37,684 bases of DNA from Blastocystis sp. subtype 4 (lineage: Eukaryota), in assembly GCF_000743755.1 (NCBI RefSeq), contig NW_014569472.1, positions 1 through 37,684 of the forward strand. The letters run 5' to 3'. The position numbers were made by a program, and so were the translations under genes. Of the stretch, positions 1 to 15,100 are shown piece after piece. The notes below the pieces were generated by a model. That model had not been told where the DNA came from. It saw nothing but the letters and a program-made list of their open reading frames with translations, and ran no database searches. Position 1 is the first letter of the stretch. Each line of letters begins with the position of its first letter.

Positions 1-33
1 CCTATTGATTCGTATAGTTTTGTCTTTGTGACC

Positions 34-41
34 TGTTTGTT
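34..41 (+). terminator. TGTTTGTT polyadenylation motif; probable 3' end of a plus-strand gene lying mostly left of the window
   Basis: Exact TGTTTGTT at 34-41. A TGA sits at 29-31, 5 nt upstream, the spacing seen at other gene ends here. Confidence 0.45.
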
Positions 42-170
42 TGTAGTCTTTTTTCAAATCGCAAGATTGTGTTACCAAGTAATCCATTCCTATCTCTAGG
101 GAACTGATGAGTGGTATTGAAAACTTAGAAGCACCTATGATCTATTATACTATGAAGTAATGAGATTCAA

Positions 171-178
171 AACAAACA
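171..178 (-). terminator. TGTTTGTT polyadenylation motif of the giant gene
   Basis: Plus strand aacaaaca at 171-178 reads TGTTTGTT on the minus strand, 15 nt after the TAA at 194-196. Confidence 0.75.
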
Positions 179-193
179 ATCAAATACATAAGC

Positions 194-3100
194 TTACTCT
201 TCATCCTGGTTAACTGAGGTTGCAATCACGAACTCAGCAGTATCCTCTTCGCTAATTCCATAACCCTTGAATCGGAAAGTCTTCTCGGTTCCACACACTA
301 ACACTCTGCTATCTCCCTTGTTCACCTCCACAGGGAATAATGCCTTCAAAGACATGGTGATACCAGTATCCATAGGTTCCTCATCCACATACTTCACACA
401 CATATTCAGTTCCACACCTTCAGAATGCTGATCGAAGATACCCACGAAGGCTCCATTCGTCACAGCAAACTCCTTGAACACATTCTCACATGTCGAAGTT
501 GTGAAGATCACGTTGCTCACCAACTCAGGATGAGAACCAAGCAGACGGAAGTTCTTGCCCTGAGACACTACAGCTGACGATTTACTGTAACCATCAAGAG
601 ACTCCAGAGCATTCACCTCTACCACTGTCACTAGCAGGATGGGATTATTATCAGGTGTCACACTGACATCATCCTGATCCTCGAAGTGGACACACAGCAT
701 CAAGGTCTCTTCAACGGCCTCCTGAACCATCAACAAAGCCTTAGCATTTGAGACAGGCGACCATGCTACAGCACTTGAGTTACTGCAGACAGCACTAGCA
801 GGTACAAGATAGGCAGCATCCAGACGATCCACATTGGAGCCGGAGAAGGTGTACTCCTTCGGACTATTGACATAGAGTAGATTCTTATTACCAGGAGCCA
901 TCACAGAAGATACATACAGCACGTCCACAGGCCACTCCTCATACAACACCCAGAAGTTATCCTCACCGTTGCCAAAGCCGTAGCACACATTCAACTGAGG
1001 AAGCCTAGGAGTCTTTGTCAGAGTCCAGGTCACCATGCAGCCTTCCACATCCTTCTCATCCTCCACATACTGATTGCAATCTGTGCCACTCACCAAACGC
1101 ATCTTATCAGTGCGTGTAATGTTAGGCGCCACATTTACAATCCAGATCTTCTGGACATGAGGAATGATCTCATACACTTCACCACTGTTATACTCATCCG
1201 TGATAGACAAGAGACCACGAGACTGCATTCGAATTGGCATGTAGGGTGCTCCATAGGACTGATCACTCATGGATACCCACTTCTTACCACTGAACTTGTA
1301 ACACAGTTTCCAATCATGTTCTTGTGTCGATACCTCTGTGAACGAGAACTCGTGATGCATGGACTCACCATCCCATTCCATGGCTACACCCTCATCAGCA
1401 TCTTCCATACCCATAGCAGGCGCAGTAGCACAGTCCGTAGTTTCATCATCCACCCACTTGTAACGACTCTCATGAACCATAGTATCCGTAGTGAAAAGAC
1501 GCAAGTTCGCAGTCACATTCTTTACAGCCCACAGGTTAAATGAGTCACTGTAAGAACCACCCAATCGCACTCCATTGGACACGACTTCAGCACTAAACAC
1601 ACCCAGAACAGTGAGATTGAACTGTGTGAGGAAAGGAGTGGCCTCTCCCTCGAACCAATAACAAATCAAAATACGTCCCGCTGTCGCCACAGATACATGG
1701 AACTTGCCCTCTGCATCCTTCTCATAATAGTCATCGAGTGTCACATCGTTCACGCAATCCTCAGAAGTCTTACCCTCATTAAGAGGGTCAGGAAGTGGGA
1801 AGATACGGTCACCAGGGAACACCATACCTGTGATTGTAATCTCGTTATCCTCATTGAACAAGACAGCATCGTTACGAGCTCCATCATCAACAATCAACTC
1901 ATTCACAGACATCACCATTACCACCATGTCATCATATATCATAGGCTCCTCATTCACAAACTGATAACACAGCTTGTAAGGCTCCGAAGCAAAGTCAAGA
2001 CTGAATTGGACAATACCATCAATGACCTCCATCCACTCACCAGCATCACAATTGTCACCAATCACCATCTTCGCCATATCACCAACACCAGCACCAATAG
2101 CTTCAATACGATAAGAACGAGGGATGTTGGCTGTCACCTTAGTGTTGTTACCATTCAGAGAAATGAAATCCAACACTGTCTTCGTTGTGAAAGCACTCAG
2201 AGCGAAGCGACGATCCATACCAGCAAACACATAACACATCTGGAGAGCAGACTCACTAGGCTCCGATAAGGTTACATTGAACGTCTTCTCTGTACTAACA
2301 GGCATCTCATAAAGGATCTCACCCGAGCAATCGACTCCTTCCACAAGCACCACCATGTCACCAATTCCAGCAAGAGAGGAACCTTCCACAACAAACTCCT
2401 TCTCCTGGTCGACCACAGCACCACTGCTAGAGAGAGCAGGGACCACAGAACGAACAGCAGGCACAGAACGGACAACGAATGAATACTCCTCATACTTGAT
2501 TGGAGCCTCGGACACAGTACCAGTAGTGAAGACGTAACATACATCATACTCCTGTTCTGTCTCAGCCTCCGTGAACTGATACTGGATCTTGTAATCCGTA
2601 CTCAATTTCTGGGTTCGGATAGCATTCAAACACGAGGATCCAGCAGTCACAAACATCACATCATCATTAGCAGACAAACCGAATCCAGTGAAGGCCACAG
2701 TAGACTCCTCTGTTTGTACGAAGACAGTTACAGGATACTCAGGATGATCTACCACTTCAGCACCCGTGATACCCTTCACAGAGAAGCTCAATACATCATA
2801 CCGCACTCCAGGTTCTGATCCGAACACATAACAGAGATACAAGCTAGATTGTGTTGTAGGCGCATCCACCATCACTGTCGACTCGAAGGCAGTCTCAGTA
2901 GCATTTACAGGGAAAGCAAACTCAGCATTCTCACAGTTAGTATATGTGAACATCACCGTATCATTAGCGCTGAGACCCACTCCTGTCAACTCCACCACCT
3001 TGGGCTGACGAGCCACAAGCACTTGAGAATGACCCGAAGCAAAGGCGGCACCTGTGAGTGTCTTCACATAAATCGGATACAGAGACACAAAGAGGTCATC

Positions 3101-6100
3101 CTCAGCGAAGCGGAAGCACATCGTAAGGTCCATGGTTGTGTACACATCCTCATTGAACTGGAAGCGGAGTTCGTGAGACTCGCCCAGTACCATGTTATCA
3201 AAGGCTGCAGCCACAGCAGGACTGCTGCAGTCTGCTCCCTCTACGACCTTAATGATATCCTGCGCTGTGATCAACACACCCGAATACACCAAAGTCTTTT
3301 CTTCACCCTTCACAAACACATTCTTTGCTCCAGCAGAAGGTGACACTTCAGGACGACCAAATACAATCAGATAGAAAGGACTACTCACTCCATATTCTCC
3401 CTCAGGTCCATAATGCATCCAGTCATGACCAGCGAACTGATAACACAACTGATAAGGAGCCTCTTCTGTGCTCTCCTCCGCGAAGTAGGTATCCGCCTCC
3501 AGCTCCTCATTCAGAGTGTAGAAGGATACAGACTGCGATACCTCATTAGGATCTCTCATGAAGTCCACCTCCTCATCACAACCATGGCCAGAAGGCACGA
3601 ATTTGATCTTGTCTCCAGCAGCCACTCCAATACCCGAGAAGGTCAGAGTCTTGGGTCGTAACCAGATAGCAATCGTATCACTACCCGAGGTAGCATTCAT
3701 CGTCATCAGTCCCTTCACCGTCAATGCATAGTTCTCATACAGGAAGACTTGGTTACCAGCGAACTTATAGCAGAGCTTCAGAGCAGTCGAAGTAGGAGCA
3801 TCCATAGATACAGCGATGTATGTAGCATTTGTCACCACATCAGCTTCCACAGGAGTCGAACAATCCGATTCTTCAGTGAACCAAGCACTATCATCCTCAC
3901 TGGCTCCTGATATCTCAGCAGGCACCTCAGTGTACTGCTTTGCAACCACAGATCCCGATTCGAATGAAGTCACTCCCTTAATCATCAGATCCCACTTTGC
4001 AGGCTGGAAAGCACCATTGCTTCCGAGCAACAGTGACTCCTCACCAGCGAACACGTAACACAACTGATATTTCTCTCCATTGCTAGTCGAATTGAACGTC
4101 AGACTCATAGAAGTCTCTGTACCAATGTACAAATAACCGATCTCCACGATCATCTCGTTCGAAGGACAACCTGTAACCGTAGGAGTAGCACTCTCAGGCA
4201 CGAAGTAGAAGTAATCGTCCGCATTCACATGACTACGCTGGAAGTAGAAGGTCTTGGTCTGACCAGCCACAGCACTGCTCACATCCATGTCCTCATCTGC
4301 AGTCACCGTCAAGGAATACAACACATAGGCAGTCGGGACACGCACAAACTCTTCTGAACCGAACTTGTAGCACAAGTAGATCTCTCCCGAAGCCACTTCG
4401 TCCATCACCTTCACCGAGGTCATCTGACCCTGGAGAGTAATCGAAGTAGCAGTCTCACCATTCACCTCAAGAGACAGAAGTCCAGAACATGACTCGCCAG
4501 CTATGAATGCTAACATATCACCAGCAGCGAAACCATCAGCAGTCACTCGGACAGGCTTCTCGTTATGAGCCACGAAGAAGGAGATATTCGTCTCCTGCAT
4601 AGTGTCCAAGAAGGCAGTGAAAGCCTTCACAACTACGTTGAACGTAGGATAGGGCACCACATTCTCTGCATTGGTTCCGTAGTGGTAACAGAACGTGTAG
4701 CTCACTCCGTTACTTCCAGTTGTAAACATATAAGTTGTTGTGAACACTCCATTCTCGCTCATCACGGGGAACGAAGCCACAGCAGGCGAAGAGCAATCAG
4801 CAGTAACATGGAACGACACAGCATCACCAGCACGCAGACCTTCACCCATCAGAACCATCGTCTTTTCCTGATTGGCCACAGCCGTATTGATATTGCCTTC
4901 TCCAGACACTGTCACAGAACTGAAGTCCATCACAAAGATAGGCTCTGTAACAGCCATAGCACCTTCCATACCAAACGAATAGCACAACTTCACACTCTTG
5001 CCAGCAGCAGTTTCACTGAATATGAACTGAGCATTCTGTATTGAAGTTGAAATCATATTCATTGTCACTGCAGCCAAAGTCGTCTCCTCTTCACAGTCCT
5101 CTGAACTCTCCACGAACCACATTGAATCAGCATCTGTGAAGCCATTTCCATTAATCAGAGCAGTCACCGGCTTGCCTACCACAGCATAACCAGGCTCACC
5201 AGACATTGTCACAGAAGACACATAGACCTGTGTAATAGAGAACGGATATGTCTTAACAGGCATAGTATTGAAGCGATAGTTCATCATCATTGGTTCCGTA
5301 GTCGTCGACTCCGTGAGAGACAGCGTGAATGTACCATTCTCAGAGACAAGGAAAGTCTCCGTCGACACGGTGCCCACATTGTAGAACACCTCATCATTCT
5401 CCTGAATCCACGAACCATCCAACACGAATGTCTTGGGAATGCCAACCACCACACGATCTGGAGCGCCCATCAGTGGCTCCACATCCGTAATCTCTCCAAC
5501 ACGCATTCTGTAGTCCATACCACAGTCCACAAAACTAGATCCTCCAATACTGTAACAAAGCTTCAACATATTGTTATAGCCCTGAGAGAACATCCAGCTC
5601 ACAGTGTTCTCACTGTTCAGTACAGCTGAAGCCACAGCCTCATCCGAGCACGATGTCTGCACGTATTTGAACGACTCGACAGCATCCATTGAGAATGTAG
5701 CCTCGCTCCAGGTCTGCACAAGAGTACAGATTGCCGCTGATAATGTCGTCACACGAATCGAGTAGCTCAGTTCACCAGTCTGGAGAGCTGTGACATCCCA
5801 ACCCGTTGTGAGGGAATTGAAATCAAATGTGTACTTGCCATCAGTGCTGATCAAAAGCGATTGAGTCATCAGAGCAGTTTCTCCAGCATACACAGTCACA
5901 GTCCATGTTGCAGTCGCGTACTGCTTCACTTGGACGTGCACGCGGAACAGTTCGATAGCAGGCAGTATATTTGTGATATGATCCGAAGTGAAACGGAACT
6001 CAGCATTAGCTGTCGAAGCACTCACCAGAGTCACTTCACCACTCTCCTGAAGCACAGTATCTAGAAGTCCATTCACGATGAATCCATTGTTGTTCATCTC

Positions 6101-9100
6101 CACATAGCGAGGCACACGAGTCTGCATGAATACAGAGCCCTTGGTTGTGACGTATGATATCACATGAGGTTGATTGGCCACACTGAACCACACATTCTGC
6201 TCAGACGACTGAGATACAACATAAGCACCAATGATATCCATCGAATATGTACTACTCTGGACACCAACACCTGTGAACATGTAACAGAACTTGAACGATC
6301 CCGTCCTCTCTGTCGTGACTACAGTTGAGCATGTCTCCTCAGTACATGTCACCACAAAAGGCTCCATAGCTGCCTCAGCAGAACACTCCTTATTCACATC
6401 GACCAACTTGAGGAAATCTCCACTCTTCATATTCACTCCAGTGAACACCAACTCGTTATTCATATTCTCCATCATCACACGAGACACAGAACCACTCACA
6501 CGTGTCTGTGCAGGTACCACTTCATGAACATTCACTTTGAATGCATCATAAGCGAAGAAGGCATCTCCAGCAAAGGCATAGCACAGCTTCAACTGATCCA
6601 CAGTACCCGAAGTCATTGGCAATGTTACATCACCCTTATAGACATTCGTATTCGTTGAGACAGGCATCAAGGAGGTAGCATGAACCATCTTCACCACATC
6701 ATTCACCTTCACATCCACCTTGCTTGTCAAAGTCATACGATGTGTATCAGGCTTATAATCCGACACATACACATAATGACCTCCAATGATGAACGGAGTC
6801 AATCCAACAGCAACTCCATCAACCACAGACGACTGCATCGACTTGAAGTACACTGTTATATCACTCTCGTCGTTCAGCTTCACCACTGTCGCAGTACCAT
6901 CTTCAGTCTCCAACACTTGCTCCACGAAAGTGTTCGGTAACACATCACCAAATCCATCACTGTAATCATTTAGCGTACTCACACAAGGCTGTGACACTGG
7001 CACGAACTTGAATTGATCATTCTCGCTTGAAGCACCTGCAAACGTCAGAGATGTTGTGACACCCGTAATCAGATCCAGAGTCACCTCCGTCTGATCATTC
7101 ACACTCGTCAGCTCATAGGCAGTGAAAGGCCAACTATAGAACACAGGGGACTCAACACCGAAGTAGTAGCACAATCCAACTGTGCAGGAAGGCATTGAAG
7201 TCAACATCAGAGAAGCAGTCAACGATGCATCCAGACTGACCACAGGAGAGAGAAGAGTCTCACAACTGCAGCCAAGAGCAACCTGATCATTCTCAGCAGC
7301 TCCCTGAGCAGCAGAGAATGAATACACCTTCTCTCTCTTCACAACTACCTTCAGCTTGTCTCCAGTATCCACACTCATGCCATCAACACTGGTGAAACCA
7401 AGAATTGACAGACGTACAGATGTCTCAGCAGGCTTCTCCGAAATGAACTTATAGCAGAAGAACCAGTTCGAGTTGGTAGCAGATACTGTATCCTCAGTAT
7501 TGATTGTGATTGTTGTCAACAGATGGGTTCCATTACTCACCACAGGGAAGCTCATCTTATTTGAAGCGTTCACATCTGCACACGACGAGGAGGCCACAAC
7601 CACACTATCTCCTTGAGCACCTCCCTCCGACTCAATCACGAACTGCTTTGGCACAGACAACACCACCACATCGTTAGCTCCCTCCACAGCATATACATCG
7701 GTGAAGCTCTTCACAACCATCGTAATGGAAGGTAGATACAGAGCAGGTTCCGAACCGAACTTCATACATCCGAAGAACTCAGTGTTGACAGCCGTGAGAT
7801 CAGTGTACAACACACTTACGTACAGAGTCGACTGTTGTGAGACGATGTTGCTGAACTCCGTCAGAGACTCACACTCTTCTGCTGAAGACACGAATGCGAA
7901 ACGATCACTACTATCAATATTATTGCCTGAAGGGAACACCAATCTCTTCTCCACATTGAGAACTGCAGTATTGAGACTCTGCTCCCTATCTACCGATGTA
8001 CCTTCTAACACACCCACGAATCCAGGCATGTGCTTCACACGGATGGAATCACCCGTAGCAAACGGAGTCTCATTGTCAAAGGCATAGCAGACATAGCAGG
8101 TCTTGCCGGCTAGTGAGCTTGGCAGATCCAGAGTGTATTGGTACTGAGAACCAGAACGAGAACGAGCCACCACTGGAGCAGTGTACACATAGGCAGAAGC
8201 ATTCTGACACTCATTGGAGTCCAACACAAGATGGACTTCATCATTGGTACTGTATCCATACGATCCATCTGTATCCGTCAAATAGTAGACCTTTGGAGTA
8301 TTCATCACAAGCACATTCGCAGCTCCCTGGGACACTGAATCAGGACCATAGTACTGCTTGATAGTCACCTGTGTAGCATTGTAGCGCATCCAGTTCTCAT
8401 TCACAAACTTGTAGCACAGAGAGAATGTCTTTCCAGCATCCTCTGTAGAGAAAGCAGAAGGAGCATAGAAGGAACCATTCTCCTCCACAACACTCGTAAA
8501 ATGAGCGATACCACACTCCTCACCATCTGTAGCCCATCCAGCCATATCACCAATAGCCAAACCACTGCCAGAGAAGTAGAACATCTTTGTATGACCAGCA
8601 ATAGCAGTCGTACTGCTTCCAGAAGTCAAAGTAGCATCAATACCAGTGATAGCAGACACATGGAAGCGTCCACTCACCTTATCATTGAATGCACTCAACG
8701 TAGAGAACTGATAGCACAGACCAAAGTCATCGCCAGCAGTCACATATTCCAGATCCACAACCACAGCAAAGGCATTATCAATCTCCATTACTGAAGTCTT
8801 AAACACACGTCCATCCAGGGCATTTGCAGCCACACAACTTGCCGATCCTCTCACCAAATACACCGTATCTTCGTAGGTAGCACCATTACCACGGATCTGG
8901 AAACGCTTTGACTGACCAGCAACCAAGCCGCGATCATCCATATTGTCCACAGAAGTGAACGACAAATCTCCAGGCAAGGTAATACGTAATGAATAAGGAT
9001 AACTCTTCCAGTAACCAGAATCCTTACTGAACCAATAACAAGCGTGTACATTATCACGAGACTCTCTCGAGAAATGAAGAGTCGATGAACACAAGTTGCT

Positions 9101-12100
9101 GTTGTCAGGACAAGTCACAATCGAAGCCTGAGGATCATCTTCTGGATGAACCACTTCAGGCAAGCGACGACCGAAACCAGTATGCACATCACACTCCTCA
9201 TTATTGTTGATAAACTTGATGTAGTCTCCAGTAGCGAGCTGCATACCATACAGGTTCAGAGGCTTCTCACCATTCGCCACCGCTTGATCCACAAAACCGT
9301 CCTGATCCACCAGGTTACCAGTCAGTCCGTACAACTCAGATACCGTGAAGGTGATCGAAGGATACAGCTGAGCAGGATAATTACCAAAGACGAAACACAA
9401 CTGGAGAGGCTGGCCAACAGTCAATCCCACTGTAAGGAACGTCACCTTGAAGGTGTTACTCGAGAGAGCAGTCACATTCATGCCCATAGCCTCCTCAGGA
9501 GAACAGACTGTTGCTGTAGCAGGTACTGCATAGAAGGTATTAACAGAAGACACGAACTCCACAAGCGTAAACGTGATCTCCTTCTCGTAATCAACCACAA
9601 ATCCAGTGATGCTTCCCTTATCCACAGAAGCAGCAGCTATCACAGTGTGTACAGCTACACGCACAGTTGGCACCTTATAATAGACATAATCGTCACCAGT
9701 AGCAATAGTACTCAAGTACATGTAACACAGCTCGTACTCCTTTGCCTCCTCGAAAGTGAAGTCACCATACGTGAACGTCTCCGAAGCATTCAACTCCTTC
9801 TCGGTAGAAGCATTACACTCAGTACCAGCCTCCACGAAGTAGGCACGATCCGCATAACGCAGACCCACACCATGGAACTGGATTGTCACAGGCTGATCCT
9901 TCACAACCATGATGGTCTTAGCAGGATCTTGTACACCCTCCACACTCAAGGTTTCCACAGCTACAGCATGGAAACCATTGTTACGAGAATACCATACATT
10001 GCTCTCCACAGGCTTTCGGATATAGCAGACAGTAACATCCGAGTTCGAGGTCTTGAAACCCACAGGTTTAGTAGTGCGAGTTACGCCATCAACCACCTCC
10101 AACTCATACTCATTGAACAGTTGCAGCACGAACTCCGTTGAGGAATCAATTGTTTCTAGGAACTCCACAAATGTAATTCTCTCAGTAGTCACACTACTGA
10201 TCGTCATCTTGTAAGACTTCTTATCGTTACGGTTCACCACAATCACCTTATCACCAGCAGCCAACAGAGATGTGAAATCATTGCCGTTAGTCACTGCCTC
10301 GTGCTGCTCACTCGGCTCACTTGTCGCAGGCACGAAACTGATAGTCATTGTCTCAGGCAGAGGATATCCATACTCCACACAAGGATTCTCGCTTGTGAAG
10401 CCAGTCGGGTTCTTTACGAAGCGGATACGATCTCCATTCTGAGCCACACCTCCAGATGTCAGTGTCAATGTGACCACCTTCGATTCACCAGCAACCACAC
10501 GCTCCGGCTGGATGGCTGACAACATCGTAACATCTACACCTCCAGTGTAGTTAGGAATCGTTGTCCATTCATCCTCTTCTGACACCTTGTATCTCATGCT
10601 GTACTCTCCAAATGGCAATCCGCTTATTACAGCAGAACGTGAACAAGTATCCAGAGGCATTATAGTAGTGAAGCTACCACACTTCGATGGGTTGCTACAT
10701 ACCAGACTCACAAGAGGCTTGATATCCGTTGAAGAAGCATAATCACAATTCTGTCCCACAAATATCGGATCCGAAATGGTATAGAAATCATCTGCCACTG
10801 ACTTATGGAAGTGCATCTTAATGAAACGACCCTTAGCATCCAAACCATAGAAACCATTCAGAGATTCAGAAACAGTATTAATATTCATTGTCTTCGATGG
10901 AGACCATGGTCCCTTCAGACTGTTCGAAGATTGGCTCTCCATACTCTGCACACGATGGTTCATCTCTCTCGTTGGTAACCAGTACAACTTATTAACCTTC
11001 ACACACTTCACGAAATCAGGCATCATCCAAGCCTCTTCGCCAGGTCCCAGCTTTCCAGTCGAGTCCATAGCACCATCAGTCAGCATTTCGTGGAAGTTCG
11101 ACAAGTACATGAAGTGACCACCAATAGAAGGACGATCACTAATGTTAAAGGACATTACTGACTCTGGCTTGCAACGATCCGATACAGCATCGAACGAGAT
11201 TGTAAAGTCGCTTCCAGTAGAGTGATACAGTCCTCCGGTACTCTCATTCTCCGTTCCAACCACAGGATAACCAAGATCATACACCTCCATCACAGTGTTG
11301 GGATAGAACTTCACCACAGACTCGTTGAACATGTAACAGAGAGACTTAGTACGAGCTCCATAACTCGACACCACTGAAGCCATTGTGAACTTGGTCGATG
11401 TTGTCTCCACATAATTGCTACCCGACAACTCATAGAACACCACCTTCACAGGCTGAGAACCAGCAGGGAATTGATCATAAACGCCATGCAGAACAATGGT
11501 ATGTGTGTACGTCTCACCCACAGTGGTAGGACAGAAGCTAGGATGGGTAGACTCCACCTCCGCCGACTTTACACCCACAAACTCCGATGCCATCGCCTCC
11601 AGATCAGCAATCGTGATTGAGGACACTTCCTTCATGACACGGCTACGAGTGAAGCTGATGAACTTGCCACTTGAATACAATGCCGACATCTGATTGTCTA
11701 AACGGAGAGCCACAAGCAAACCCTCAGTGGTCGAGTAAGCCTCATTTGCAGTACAAGACAGTGAGAAGGTGAAATCCTTGTGTGTATTCTCAGTGAAAGT
11801 CATCTGAGCACTGCATTGTCGAGAAGAAACGACACAGTTAGACACCAAGGTCGAGTTCTCCATCAGTTTCTCCTTTGTACACATCTCCTCCGAATCCACA
11901 AAGGCCATACGATCATTGGAGCCAACACTTCCACTCACAATGACAGTCTTAGGAACATCCGTAGCTGCCTGGCACTCGTTGATCAGACGCTTGCGCTCCA
12001 CCGTTACACCAGCAGCAACCTCTGACAACGCCAACACACAGTTAGACTCCATGGAAGCATCACTACACTCATCATCCAAGAACACAAAGAGATAGGTTCC

Positions 12101-15100
12101 CTCTGTAGCTGAAGCAGACACATAAGTAACACGCACAGCTCCGAAAGAAGGCATATTCTGGGCCATCTCAGTCTGTGTGTAGTCCTTGTTTAGTGTGAAA
12201 GACAACACAGAACTATCTTCACGTGTATAGGTCATGGTCACAGTCTGAGGAGCCACAGTGGTATCCACAGTTACACTCCATTCCACATACTTCTTGCAAC
12301 CCACTGTCACATCCTCAATATCTGTTGGCTTTACAGTCATCGTGATGTCAGCGTAGTGCTTCGTCTGAGCACTGTTCTTGAACTCGTAGCATAACTCATA
12401 GAACTCACCTTCAGCAGTAACAGGAGTGATCGTATGAATCGATATGAAATCGCTCACACTACCCACAGAAGCATTTGCAGATGTACAGGTCTCACCATGA
12501 AGAATCCAACGAGCCACATCGCCATTGGCAATACCCACACCCGAATACACCATTGCACTTGGCACACTGTCGTACACATAATCAGGAGTAACAGCTGTAA
12601 CTTCCTTAACAGAGATCAACATACCAGTAGCAAGCACAGACTCGTCGAAGAACTTGTAACATACCTCTACAGAGCCTGATGCCTTGAAGCCGAATTCACG
12701 AGATACCGTTGTAGGAGCATCCGTGAAGTCCACTTCTGTCTTCTCTGTGCCATCCTCCCACACTAACTGCACAGGTTCAGCACAATTTGTACCCTCTGCA
12801 GAGAACCACATAGTATCTGATCCACCCAATGGCACCGATTCCACTTGCACTCCATAAGGCTTTGTCATGTCCTTCACAGCAATGGCCACATCGCCAACAG
12901 TGGTAGTAATACTCGTGAAGCTGATCACATTCTTCACAATGTCTCTATACATAACCGTGGGGAATCCGAAGAACTGATAACAAAGAGCATAAGAACCCGA
13001 AGTCTTCTCCGTCTCAAGACGATAAGTAGAGTTGCCCTCTGACACCACAGCAATATCATAGTTCATGTCCAAACAATTTTCAGCAGTAGAAGGCACGAAG
13101 AAGACACGGTTACCCACACGATTAACTCCGTTTCCTTCCACTTTGAAACTCTTTGGAATCGATTTAACAAGAATCGTATCAGCACCTTCACCTTCAGTAG
13201 GCATTGCACTCACAGAATACACCTCCACCAAGAATCCCTGATCGTCATACTCCGTCCAGGCAGAGCCAGTCATGTAACAGAACTTGTACTGTGTCTCCTC
13301 ACCCGTGAATGTCCATACGAACGATACGACACGGTTTGCTGAAGCAGTAGCCTGTACACCAGCACTGAGATCCAGGTTCCAGCAGTGTTCACTCACAGAC
13401 ACGAAGGCGAAACGATCGGTACTCTCCATGGCCGAACCCTCCACAGTGATCGTACGAGGAAGATCCCGTACAGCATCCTGAGGTGTAATTGAAAGAATCT
13501 CACGCAACTGAATGGTGAGCGAAGGATACATCTTCCAGCTCTCCTCACCGAACTGATAACAAAGATTCACTGCAGTGATACTACCATCCAAACGCGAGAA
13601 GAAGAATTTATGTGTCATCGATTCCTCCATGATATCCGACTCCTCAATGACATCCGAAGCCACAATGTTCTGCGTACAATCAGTCTGACTACTTGACACC
13701 CAACGTACTCTGTCTCCAGAAGACACACCAATGGTATCAAAGTCTACAGTCGTCCACTTGTTGTAAGTAGCACTAGTGGGGGTAATACTGTTGATGGTGT
13801 GCATCTTCAGTATCACATCAGGAGCCAGTACATAATCAGCACGGTTATGGAACTGGTAACACAAAGTCAAATTAGAAACAGCATCCAAGAAGGTTAGTTC
13901 GAAGGTAGTATCCTCAGCAGACACCGTCACAGCCTGACGAGCCGTAACATCCTTGTAAACAATGGTGGCATAAGCTGTAGTGTCCTCACAAGACATTGAT
14001 GGCTGCACGAACCAGAACTTATCTCCAGCAGTCACTTCATATCCAACAAACTGGAACCTCTTCGGTACACCGACCACAACATCATGAGCTGATCCTTCCA
14101 CGCCACGCAGATCATCGATATGATACAACTTGAAGGCAGCCTTCTCTGAACGAGCAAAGTCTTCATAACCGAACTTGAAGTGAGGCTCAATCATCACGTC
14201 ACTAGACAGTCCTTCCATAAAACGCACCTCCTTCGTGGCACTACCGAATCCCTCGACCAAAGGATCCTCATTCACCATTACGACCGTACCAACGTCCTGA
14301 GCATCCTTAAGACGTGAGCGCAATCCCTCAATCTTCTCCTCATCAGTAATTCTATTCTCATTATCCGCCTCAGGCAATGTGGTGAATGCAGGAAGACGGT
14401 CACCAGTTCCAGATGTAGCACCCACAACCTCAAGGACTTCATCGCTACCCTGAGCAGTAAACTTCACCTCATAGTGAGCCTTGCCCTTCTCCAGATCGAA
14501 ACCCTTTACAGACATGTGCTCACCTCTCTCATTCAAGAAGGTAGCAGACTCCTCGTTGTACTCAGCAGAACCCTGAGACCACTGCGTCTCGGTCATCTCA
14601 TAGACAGTCATACGGAAAGATACAGGCAGATTACCATTAAGATGTGAGTTAAAGCAATAGTAGAACTGATGATCAGGAGCCGAATACGAATTGTCTTTGA
14701 AAGTGACCTTGAAGTAGAGATGCTTCATAGAATCCATCAATAGAGGTGTGTACACACCATCATTCTCCTTAATAGGTACCATATCTGTACAATTTTCCGT
14801 ACGAGACCAACCAAGATAATCATCCTCAGTCAGACGAGATCCAATAATGTTAAACACCTTCTCAGCACCCACTACAGCCACGCCATCGTCACCAACCTCA
14901 CGAGGATAAATTGATATCACAGAGATGGAATAGAACTGATACTTGGTATAAGGCTTCACTTCGGAAGTACGGTAGGAGTAGCAAAGATGATATTCGTCAC
15001 TCTGAGAATGAGGCTGGATTATGAACACATTGTTCTGATGCTCGCCAACGATCACTGAGCTCTGGTCATTATTCATCAAAGGCAAACGATCCTCGATATC

